Source of the DNA: Bugula neritina
Lineage: Eukaryota > Animalia > Bryozoa
Length of the DNA: 64,000 bases
Assembly: GCA_964035545.1 (NCBI GenBank)
Contig: OZ037771.1
Coordinates: forward strand, 8,549,408-8,613,407
Direction of reading: 5' to 3'
The notes below the pieces were generated by a model. The model did no database searches. It was not told the origin of the DNA and saw only the letters and a list, made by a program, of their open reading frames with translations. The position numbers and the translations under genes are program-made. Of this stretch, positions 1-10,679 are shown piece after piece. Each line of letters begins with the position of its first letter. Within the stretch, counting starts at the first letter, position 1.

Positions 1-149
1 CTTTAAGCAACTCAGTAAAAATAACAACCAACTCCCACAATGACGAATCTATAAAACTGTAGCATTTACAAAACAAGCCCCTGTAAGCCAAATAAAGAAA
101 CCTTCTGAAAAAAAAGAAGATGGAAAAGGTGAGAAAAAAACAACACAGT

Positions 150-560
150 CAGCCCGCTTCACTTGTGAGGGAATAGATTGTTACGTGCAAAAGCAGAAAA
201 GTTTAAAACAACAGAGTACAAAACCTAGCTGGATATTCTGTGATTTATGTAAAAAATTGTTTTATGCCACTTGCCAGGGGATGGCTGAAAAAAAACACAA
301 ACAACCTTGGTAACCTCAATCACTTAAGTGGAGTGAAATATGTTTGCCTACATGTAATGTGGGGATTTGAAAGGGTTTGGAAGGTGATAATGGTGAAGAC
401 AAAATTTCCTTTGCTGTTGCGAGTAGTGCACTGATAAATAAGCTTAGTAATCTTAAAGAGTTATTCAAAAATCTAGCATCTAGCAACTGCAGAGTACAAA
501 CTCAACAAAGCTAGAGGAAAAAATGGAAAAGCTGGAAAAAGTTATGCACATGCATCTGCT
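150..560 (+). mobile_element. Degenerate PHD-finger + coiled-coil remnant, probably ORF1 of a CR1/L2-type LINE
   Basis: Manual translation FTCEGIDC...WIFCDLCKKLFYATCQG...(frameshift)KYVCLH resembles a C4HC3 PHD finger with His replaced by Tyr; followed by STKLEEKMEKLEKVM, a coiled-coil-like stretch; stops and frameshifts present. Confidence 0.45.
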
Positions 561-944
561 TCTAACACAGAAGAGATAAGGAATACAACTCAGCTCAATA
601 GCAATGCTAACTCCCCACCTGGTATCGACTGAGAGCTTCGTACTGTCAACCCTTGCACACAAAGCTGAGTTGCCTAACCCTTCTCATCTAGTTTGATATA
701 ACCCAACTGGTAATGGACCCAACTGATATACAAGGAAACACCCTGGAATTATTGCTGCAAAAGTTATATACCCTAGTTTCAGCAAGCACTATATTATTCA
801 GACAATGTTAGAAATTGATATGCAGAAAGTGAGAAACTGACAGCATGCAGCAAAACTGTACTACAAAGCTGACATAGACAGAGCCAGTGATAAGATGTGG
901 AGACTAAAAACCAATATGACCAATACTGATGATGTTGAGGTTTA

Positions 945-2645
945 GCACCTGGGAAATTTTATGGGATGGCTAAAATACACAAACTGAAACAAGGAGATGG
1001 TATAGAGAAGCTACAAATGCGACCAATAATTTCTAACATAGGCACTGCATCATACCAACTTGCGAAATACCTGGCCAAAGTGCTAAAACCACTTAGTGAA
1101 TCTGAAAGTAATATCGAATCAACCGATAGTTTTCTTACATATATATGACAACTTCATATTCCAGCAAACCATCAACTGATATCATTTGGTGTTGTTTCCC
1201 TCTTTACTTCTGTACCACTTGACTACGCGATTTCAGCAATCATAAATGATATTTATGAGAAACAACGAATCCAAACAACTATACCAAAACAGAAAACGAT
1301 AAACTTACTCAACCTTTGTACAAAACAAGTTCACTTTACTTTCAACGACATCATTTATACAAAGACGAATGGTGTTTCTATGGGGTCTCCTCTGGGACCA
1401 ATAATTGCCAATATATTCATGACAAAACTTGGGTAAGATACATAGATGATATATTTGCAACAATATACCCTGATTATATTAACACAACATTCAACACACT
1501 TAATAATTTTCATCTCAATATAAAATAACTAGAAACCAATAAATCACTTTCTTTTCTGGATGTTACAGTTTTGCGACACAATAGCTCAGTGGAAACCACA
1601 GTATTCCGCAAGCCAACACATAACGATACATATTTACATTGGAACTCTTTCTCACTGGAAACGTGGAAGCTAAGCACACTAAAGTCACTAGTATTAAATA
1701 TAATAAAATATGTTCTACTCCAGCACTTAAGACCCAAGAACTAAACTATATTCGAAATATTTTTGAACATAAAAATGGTTACCCTAAATATGTAATAGAT
1801 AAAACTATTAACAACATTGGTGACGGACTACTCAGTGAAAAAGACAACAGGAAACACATTTTACTCCAACTGCCTTATAAAAGAGTAACAGGAGAAAAAC
1901 TAATCCATTCCCTCAATAAATTAATTGCAGACTCTTTTCCAAATGGACTCAATGCCCAGACTTTATTTAAAGGAACCCCCTCAAGTTCACATTTTAATCT
2001 CAAAAATAAAACCAATAAAGAACACATACACAACCTAGTTTACAAAATAACCTGCCCTGAAGCTTCATGTCAACAAACATATGTAGACGAAACCGGACGT
2101 TGCCTATCACACAGGATACATGAACATTGCCATAACATCAATTCCAAAATTTTTCAACATATCTCCACCACTAACCACGGAAACATATCAATAGACAATG
2201 TAACAGTTTTTAAATCATTCATTTAAAGAAACCCACCATCAAAAAGTAGCCAAAGCTCTCTACATTAAACAAATGAAACCGCAACTTAATAAACAAAATT
2301 ACTCCATACCACTATAACTATACCAATAAGCTCCACACTACTCAACTCTCACATAGTTTCACTAACCCATGCTGTTTTTATACTTGGATATCTATTTTTT
2401 GTCAACTCTAATTTATTTTTTATGCAAAAAAATCAGTATAATTTTTGACTTGCGTAATATATAAAATAAGATTAACTCCCTTAGTTTCAATAATTTACAA
2501 TAACTGCCACTCTCTATCCTTTGTGTCATGCATAGTGTTCAGCGTAACGTAATAATTTTTGAATTTCAATCATTCATTGCTACTCTGAAGATGGGCACAG
2601 TGGTGCCTGAAATATCGGTATAATTACTTTGACTAATAAAGTAAT
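945..2645 (+). mobile_element. Penelope-like retroelement (RT + GIY-YIG endonuclease), 5'-truncated and decayed
   Basis: APGKFYGMAKIHK, MRPIISNIGTASYQLAKYL, GVSMGSPLGPIIANIFM, WVRYIDDIF, SFLDVTV, VFRKPT, then NLVYKITC...TYVDETGRCLSHRIHEH (GIY-YIG); several stops and frameshifts; hammerhead-like core and AATAAA at the 3' end. Confidence 0.9.
2581..2630 (+). ncRNA. Degenerate minimal type I hammerhead ribozyme in the Penelope terminal repeat
   Basis: CTGAAGA (2585-2591), stem II GGGCAC-agtg-GTGCCT, GAAA (2609-2612), near-palindromic stem III TATCGGTA, AUA cleavage triplet; stem I pairs poorly. Confidence 0.65.
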
Positions 2646-3119
2646 AAATCAACAATGTTTCTCGTATACTCATTTATAATATATATATATATTTTTTTTT
2701 TTTCAACTCTTATTTGTAAACAGATCATAAATTGGAGAAGCGCATATGTGCGTAAATCAAAAATTCTCTTAAAGGGAGGAATTTTTCCAAGAGATTGGGC
2801 TATTTTGTCACTAACAGCGTTACAGTATGGTGCCTATTCATATGATTTTTGAATCCGATTAGTGAGGTGGTCTGGTGAAACTCGAGCTAGAACCACACTT
2901 AGTAAGGCTCTTTTTAAAGAGTCATAACCTTAGCTGAAACGCATCTGTGCATAACAGCCATTGCACACACTTCCATTATTGAATAGTATGCTAATGTATA
3001 AAAAATAGACACAGGTGCCTCCTGTAATATTGTGCCAAATTCTTTTTTTAAGCGGTTGAAACTTGAAAACGAAGACATTAAAAGCTGGAACCAGAACCTT
3101 TTCTCTTTGGCAGTAATCA

Positions 3120-5200
3120 ACTTAAGGCATAAGGTAAAATATCCTTATTGTTGAAATATATAAAAACAATTCAGTGCATGGTTTTGTTTTAGTAGAACAA
3201 GGTGAGACAACTCTTTTGGGTCTCCCAAGTAGTATTGCCATAGGTTTAGTAGAAATTGCATGTGCAATTTCAAATGCTGTTGTGTCAGAGTTTTCTGATG
3301 TTTTTCAAGGTTTAGGTAAATTGCCTTGTAATCATGCTTTGAGACTTAAAAAGGCAGTGAGCATGTAATACAAAGTGCTAGAGGTGCACCATTTAGCGTA
3401 TGAGATAGGCTAAAATATATGGAATATGGAATCTAGCAGCACAATTACCAAAGTCAAACAACCAACTGTTTAGGTCCATGCAATAGTTAATGTGCTAAAA
3501 CCTGACCGGTCATTATGTGTCTGTCTAGACTGCACTGAGCTGAACAAGTGTATCATAAGGGAACACTTTTTATTACCTACAGCTACAGAAGTATTCTCAA
3601 AATTGTCATATTCACAAGTTTTCCCAACTTTAGATGCAACTTCAGATCATGATAGTAGTTTTCTCACTACGTGTGCTACTCCATTTGGCCGATATAGATA
3701 TTTGAGGCTACCTTTTGGAATAGTTTGGCACCTGAAGTATTTCATAGAGAATTAAATGAAATATTTGCAGATATAGATGGAGCTGAGACTTTTGTAGATG
3801 GCCTATTGTTACATGCTGCTACAAAGGTAAAGCATGATGTTATTCTGCGTAAAATGCTAGATAGAACAGCAAGTTAACTTAAAGCTTAATTTAGCAAAAT
3901 ATATTCTTGAGAAGTCCGGGCTTAAGTATCTAGGTCACATAGTTGGACAGGGTATCACAAAAGCTGACCCAAATAAAATTAAATCTAGTCGACATCCCTT
4001 TGCCACAAAATGTAGAAGAGTTGCTAGACCGTATGAGCACGTATTTAGTAAAGCTTCGTCTAAATTTAGCAGAAATTACAGCCCCACTGAGAGAGCTGAC
4101 AAAGAAGGTCCTTCATGGGTTTGGGATAGTAAAAAAGAGCAGTCAATGAAAGAACCCAAATCTATTGTAGCTAGTGGACAACTTCTAAAAATGTTTGACC
4201 TTGCTCTGCCAATTGAACTTAGTGTAGACAGTTCACAAAATGTAATAGGAGCAATAGTTTTACAGAATGATCAAACAATACAATTTGCCAATTGTAGCTT
4301 AAACAAGGCACAAAGAGCTTAAGCACAAATAGAAAAAGAATTTTTAGCTATACAGTATAGGTTAAATAGGTTTCATCAATATGTACATGGTCAAAAAAGT
4401 GTTGTAGAAACCGATAATTGCTTAGCATTGCTTAGCATAAAAAAAGGGTTTAAACGATTCAACACCTAGACTAACTCCCATGAGGCTGAGAGCTCAGTTA
4501 TATGATTTTGATCTTGTAGATAATACCTCTAAATGTTCTGCCATAAGCTTTGGGCCAAATAAACAACACCAGTCAAACTATACACTCAGTTCCTCTCCTA
4601 TTCCATCGGTTAAAAGCACAAAATATCTTAGCATCACCCTACAGCACAACCTGAGCTTCAACAAGCACATTGATGTAAAAATTGAGAAAGCAAGTAATAT
4701 CTTAGGTGCTATAAAATATATACTCCACTCTGCGCCAAAACACAGTCGCCTTCTTGCATACACTAGTTTATGTAAACCCATTTTGGACTATGCTGATACG
4801 GTGTGGGACCCAGCCACTAAAAGTGTAGCAGAAAGATTAGAAAGGATTTAAAACAAGGCTGTAAGATACATAAGTGAACTGAAGGGTCGTGAAAGTGTTA
4901 CTGATGCCAGAAACCAGCTTGGGTTGAAGACGTTTTCCGAGACAGTTTCCTTCCCAGGACCATATGCGATATGCGTCTATTACAAAATGAAACTGATGAC
5001 TAATGTCAAACAGCGTTACGCTAGAACCTCAGACCATAGTTTCTGCAACACCGTTTTTATTTAGCACACCCGAGGCGCTCTGCTTGTGCTTCTAGTAATC
5101 TCGAGCGTGCAAAGGATACAGAGGTAATACAGAGGTAAACCTGGTAGCCAGATGTACATAGCTGATGCATTGAGTAGAGCACTTTTCATAATGATATTGA
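3120..5200 (+). mobile_element. Ty3/Gypsy LTR retrotransposon pol remnant (protease C-terminus, RT, RNase H), interrupted by a LINE fragment
   Basis: TTLLGLPSS, EFSDVFQGLGKLP, KPDRSLCVCLDCTELNKCI, TPFGRYRYLRLPFGI, FVDG (decayed YxDD), LSVDSSQ, AQIEKEFLAI, VETD, YDFDLV, resuming after the insertion as KPGSQMYIADALSRA at 5137-5181. No LTRs recognised. Confidence 0.88.
4521..5138 (+). mobile_element. 5'-truncated non-LTR retrotransposon 3' fragment nested in the Gypsy RNase H region
   Basis: NTSKC...KYLSITLQHNLSFNKHI...LAYTSLCKPILDYADTVWDP is homologous to the C-terminus of the LINE at 7590-8050; ends in a short tandem tail (TACAGAGGTAA-type); TAA is shared at both junctions. Confidence 0.85.
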
Positions 5201-5549
5201 TGATCAAAAAAAAGTTAAGGTTAAGGTTGATGATACGAGATTACTCCAACAAAAAGCTGGATACACTCACTTATTAATAATACTTGACAATAATATATTG
5301 TTTAATCTAATAATAATTCATATTGCATTATCATTATGACTATGATTATTGCCATAAGCCTAAGAGCTAAAGCATAAGATGTAGTACTACTACTAGTACT
5401 AGTAGCAGTAGTCTAGGAGTAGACAAAGACTAAGACATCAGACATGTTGGCGCGTTTTTGCTAAAACTAAAAGTAAAGTCGCACCCACAGGATAATAACA
5501 AACTTTGTAATAATATTCATGATGTTTATAATTTACTATAAACATTTAT

Positions 5550-8107
5550 TTGAATCAAATATCAAATAATATATTATCTCTTGCTATGAATTACGATATA
5601 GTGTGTGTCACTGAAACCCATGTTGATGAGAGTGTCACTGATAAACAAATCCTGGATCTCTCTCAGAAGACTGTCTTTCGATGTGATAGGAACCTTCACG
5701 GTGGTGGTGTAATGATTGCCATTGACAATAAACTGAGTGTTAAACATGTAGAAGTCGGATCAGCAGACCTGGAAATAGTTGTCCTAAGACTAGATGATAA
5801 TACTATTATTGGGTGTTTCTATAGACCCAACATTGCACACAGTCTCTCTCAATTTTGGCTTCTCCTCGAAGAAATTTCTAGCAAATATCCTACCGATCGA
5901 ATAATCATAACTGGTGATTTCAATCTTCCTATTGTTGATTGGAAATATACCTAACTAAAAAAAAACTGCCAATATCAAGCCCTTCACCAAGAGTTTCTCA
6001 ATTTAATTGCTGAAAATAACCTGACTCAACTCATTGACCAACCTACTCACATCCAGGGTAATACTTTAGATCTCATTCTCACAAATCAACCCAAAGACAT
6101 TCAATCAATCAATATTGTTGAACCTGGCTTAAGTGACCACTTTCTTATTGAGGCTTCTATACAACATAGAGTGGCTACTACTAGTGTCACACCTCAATTG
6201 AAATACATTAAACTATACCGCCAAGCTAATATTGAGGGTTTCTGAGAACAAATGTCTCATGTACAACTTCAGCTGGAAGAAATGAGTGATGTCGATAGCA
6301 TGTGGCCGCTGTTTGTCTCCCAACTTAGAACCTCAATCTCTAACCACGTCCCTATAAGAATATGCAAACCAAAAGGTGATCAACCTGCATGGTTCAATCT
6401 TAGAGCGAAGAAGCTAGTCCAGAAACAACGTGAAACGTATAACAAATTTAAACAAACAAATGACCCTTTTTTTCTGACAAAATACAAACAACAAAGACGT
6501 GACACTAAACGCACTCTGAGAGAACTAAGGAACAACTATACTACTGAAGTAATATGCGGACCATTGGAAGCTGGAAACAGCAAACCCTTCTTTAAATATC
6601 TGAAGAATATTCAGAACAAAACAAAACCCATGCTGACACTTACTCACCCTAATGGTACTTCCACAACTGATCCTCGAGAAAATGCTGAGATACTCAATAA
6701 TTTCTTTCAGCAACAGTTCTGCCAGCAAAATTTCTACACCGACGACCTCCCTTATCACTCTGATGATGATGATCTGAATGTGACTCCCGAAGGGGTGGAA
6801 AAGCTTATGAACGATCTCAAAACTGGTAAGGCACCTGGTCCGGACGGACTTAACAAAGAGGATCTCTGCATCGATACTAGATTGATAGCCAACGGCCTAA
6901 CACTAATCTTTAACGCATCCTTGCGCAGTGCCAAACTTCCTGCGGGATGGAAGCTAGCCAACATCATCCCTGTCCACAAGAAAGGCCAACTAGATATGCC
7001 AAACAACTATCGACCAATATCATTAACCAGTATACCTTGCAAGTTACTGGAACACATTGTGCTACACTATCTCAATAAACTGTTAGATCCCATCCTCCAT
7101 AATCGTCAACATGGTTTCCGTCGTGGCTTGTCCTGCGAAACCCAGCTTTGTGGAACCCTCCATGAAATTGCCAGGTCAATGAACAACTCTCACACCACTC
7201 ATGCTCTTGTTCTCGACTTCCAGAAGGCCTTCGACAAAGTCCCCCACAAGCTACTCATACATAAGTTAAGCGTCGTTGATGAAATTAATCCTCACATACT
7301 CCGATGGCTCCAGAATTTTTTGACAAAGCGAGAGCAGCAAGTAATCATAGATGGCCACTCTTTTGGTAGATTACCAGTCTTTTCTGGCGTTCCACAGGGC
7401 TCTGTCCTGGGGCCCACCCTATTCCTTCTTTACATCAATGATCTCCCTGATCTACTAAGTTGCAGTGTCAGTTTATTTGCTGATGACACACTGATTTTTC
7501 AAGAGGTAGACTCCCTAGATGATGTCCGAAAATTCCAAAAGAATATTGAACAGATTGAGAATTGGTCTCTGAAGTGGAAGATGCCGTTCAACTCCTCAAA
7601 ATGCCGAATCATGTCATTTGGCAAAGATCCCCAAATTCAACCATCATATCGACTAGGGGGAGAAACATTGCCCTACGTAGATGAGATTACCTACCTTGGA
7701 GTTACACTACAATCTAACCTCAAGTTTCACAGCCACATAACTAAAAAAATAAACAAAGCATACAAGGTTCTTGGCATGCTAAAGCTATCCCTCTATGGAG
7801 CTCCCAAGAAAGCAAAGCTGCTGGCATATATGACTCTCTGCAGACCTATACTAGAATACGCTGCAACCACTTGGGATCCTGTAACAAAGCAACTTGTGAA
7901 AGAAATTGAGTTAGTCCAGAACCGAGCTATTAGATTCATCTGCTGTCTCAAAGGCCGGGAGGCTAGCATCAGTGATGCAAGAGAACAACTCAACATATCA
8001 TCACTGGAAGATCGTCGCAAAAGCCTACGAATAACCCTCCTTTTGAAGATCTTGCGCCTTATGGTGATCTAGCGTGTGCTAAAGTCGAAGTAAGAAGTAA
8101 GTAAGTA
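5550..8107 (+). mobile_element. Non-LTR retrotransposon ORF2 (AP endonuclease + RT; CR1/L2/Jockey-group-like), few lesions
   Basis: APE motifs DIVCVTETH, RCDRNLHGGGV, FYRP, GDFNLP, GNTLDLILTN, LSDH; RT motifs KAPGPDG, YRPISLTSIPCKLLE, QHGFR, LDFQKAFDKVPH, GVPQGSVLGPTLF, LFADD. Disrupted at ~5954 and ~6243; (AAGT)n tail at 8088-8107. Confidence 0.93.
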
Positions 8108-9185
8108 TTACTATTAGTATTAGTATTTGATTTTATTTGAAATAGTCAAATACTTTACGAAAGAAGTATATCAACTTGAGTTAACATTACTAGAATGATT
8201 TTATAGGCAGCATTCGAGTTAGAGCCGACTGATAACACTATGACTAGGAAAAGATTGCAGTTGCCGAGTATCAAGTTGGGGGTTTCACTAAACTTCACTT
8301 CCAAACTTGGGGACTACAAACCGAAACTACATTCACTGTACGGGTACCTCTACCTGGTCACTCCCAACTCGGTGCTGCTTATAAATTTATTTTTACTGCA
8401 ACATCAGCAAGGACTATTGCATTTAGTGATCCAACGAGAGTCTTGCAAATTAGTTTCAATCAAAAATGTAGCTATTAGCTAAATTAATACTTTACCCACT
8501 ACCCGTTGGTCAAAATAACGTTTGCAGCAATGAACTGGAAAAGACCTTTTCTAGCTCAATGGTTTGAATGGTTCAGCCAATGAACTCAATAATATTCCAG
8601 CTCAGTGGGTTCAGCTACTCGTCATAGTTATAAAGAAGATAACTCTGTAAGAGAAATCGGAGTTAATTTATAGCCGCCATAACCATCGTGATCGTTGCAT
8701 TCGCATTGGTGATAGGATTTGGGCTATTTTTGTGAAAGCTAAAGTTATTTATCAGTCACACTCACTGAGTCAGTAGCCTAACTAATCCTCACTTTATATC
8801 ATTATTTTTTGTATTTATATACTTATACTTATAGGTGTATCCCATGCCCATTACTAGGTCTAGTGGTTTATGAATACTTATGCCTATGGTAATCATAATG
8901 ATAATCATAATACATTACATTTATTTAATAGTAATACTTATAGAGTTATACTAATACTAATAGTAATAGTAATACTAATACAGTAATAGTAATACTAATA
9001 GTAATAGTAATAGTGAGTTTAATAGTTAATCACTTAATCATAACGTTATAGTTATACTTATACTTATAATTATAGTAATACTAATACTAATAGTAATAGT
9101 AATACTTATACACTCATACAGTAATACTAATAGTAATAGTAATAGTTATTGTAAATCAACATGTAATACTAGTACTAGTAGTAGT

Positions 9186-9770
9186 CAGGGTTGGGGTCAA
9201 TTACATGTGCATGTAATTATTACAATTACAATTAGTATTACTATTACTATTAGTATTAGTATTACATCATTATCAAACATGATTATGATACATGAGCATT
9301 TGTCAATTACAGTTACAATTAATGAATTATAATTACAGTCGAAATAAAATTAAATCATAAATGTAATTAATTACAATTGCATGGTAATGTGATACTAATT
9401 AACTACAATTACTTTTATTGTCACAAAGACAAATAAAAGTTATACAATCTCACCTTTGAGGTCCAACTACCAGGATCAATTTTGACAACTGAAAGCCTTC
9501 TTCTTTCTCAACAGTAACGAATAAGGTGATAAATATGACATTAAATTAATCTGAACTTTTTATTAAACAGTAGGCATGGTATGAATTTTAAGAGATTTAA
9601 AAATATGAAGTAACTGTTATGTAATTAGAAAGTAATTGTAAAATTAAATTACATTAGCAATGTAATTAATTGCAATTACATTTTTATACATCAATTACAA
9701 ATTAAATTCAATTACTTGAAAAAATGTAATTAATTACAACCGATTACAAATTACAATTACCCCAACCCTG
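9186..9770. mobile_element. Non-autonomous hAT-like MITE
   Basis: TIR CAGGGTTGGGGT...ACCCCAACCCTG; the 8-bp TSD GTAGTAGT (9178-9185) is recovered at 10416-10423 once the adjacent inserted element is removed; many internal AATTAC/GTAATT motifs. Confidence 0.8.
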
Positions 9771-9774
9771 GTAG

Positions 9775-10410
9775 GGGAACGGAGCAATATTCCAAAGGCC
9801 CATTGCTCCGAAGGCCCATTGTTCCGAAGGTCCATTAGTCCGAAAATTAGTATACACAAAATTTAGTTTAAGTTCTTGCTATATTATTGCTCTGTGGGTG
9901 GCATGCGTGTTGCCTCACTGAGCTGGAAAAGATTATTATTATTATTGAGTTTGATGTGTTGCCTACTTGTGATTGTTTAGCCTGAGATTACACTATGATC
10001 AATAAGCAGCTACGTCATCCATCGAACTCTTTTCCAGCTCAGTGAGATCATCATATCAACATATGCGTACATTATTAATCACAGGCTTGCTAGCTGACAG
10101 GCTAGTGAATAGCTTGGTGTGTACTTTTTGTATGGAGCAGCCATACTTGAGGCAGCTGCTTATTGAGACAGCTTCATAGAGTAATCTCAGGCTAAGCAAT
10201 ACCAAGTAGGCAACACGCATGCCACCCAAAGAGCAATAATATAGCAAGAACCTAAACTAAGTTGTGAGTGAAATTTATGATATTCTCAGTGAGGATGCCC
10301 TTAACTATCCTGTATCTACTAATTTTCGGACTAATGGACCTTCGGAACAATGGACCTTCGGAACAATGGACCTTTGGAGCAATGGGCCTTCGGAATATTG
10401 ACTAGTCACC
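9775..10410. mobile_element. Mutator/Foldback-like MITE with long TIRs containing 15-bp subrepeats
   Basis: 9-bp TSD CCCTGGTAG (9766-9774 and 10411-10419); GG...CC termini; inverted arms with tandem CCATTG(C/T)TCCGAAGG-type units and an inner inverted block CTTGCTATATTATTGCTCT...GGCATGCGTGTTGCCT. Confidence 0.8.
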
Positions 10411-10449
10411 CCCTGGTAGTAGTACTATTAGGTCTGGTACTGCTAGTAG

Positions 10450-10679
10450 CAGGGTTGGGGTCAATTACATGTGAATGTAATTAATTACAATTACATGAGA
10501 ATTTGTCAATTATAAAAACAGTTAAAAGAAATGTAATTAATTACAATTACATGGCAATGTAATTAACTACAATTAAAATGACTTTTGTTCTCACAAGAGA
10601 TAAATAACTATTTTTATAATTGACAAATTTTCATGTAATTGTAATTAATTACATTCACATGTAATTGACCCCAACCCTG
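10450..10679. mobile_element. Foldback (palindromic) derivative of the same hAT-like MITE
   Basis: ~75-bp near-perfect inverted arms, both matching the left end of the 9186 element; no direct TSD. Confidence 0.75.

Noticed and set aside
4480-4851. Standalone 123-aa gene
   Set aside because: Chance in-frame fusion of Gypsy and LINE fragments.
6525-8020. Antisense ORFs over the LINE RT, and + strand ORFs over LARS1/FMR1 exons
   Set aside because: Shadow ORFs of real coding sequence on the opposite strand.
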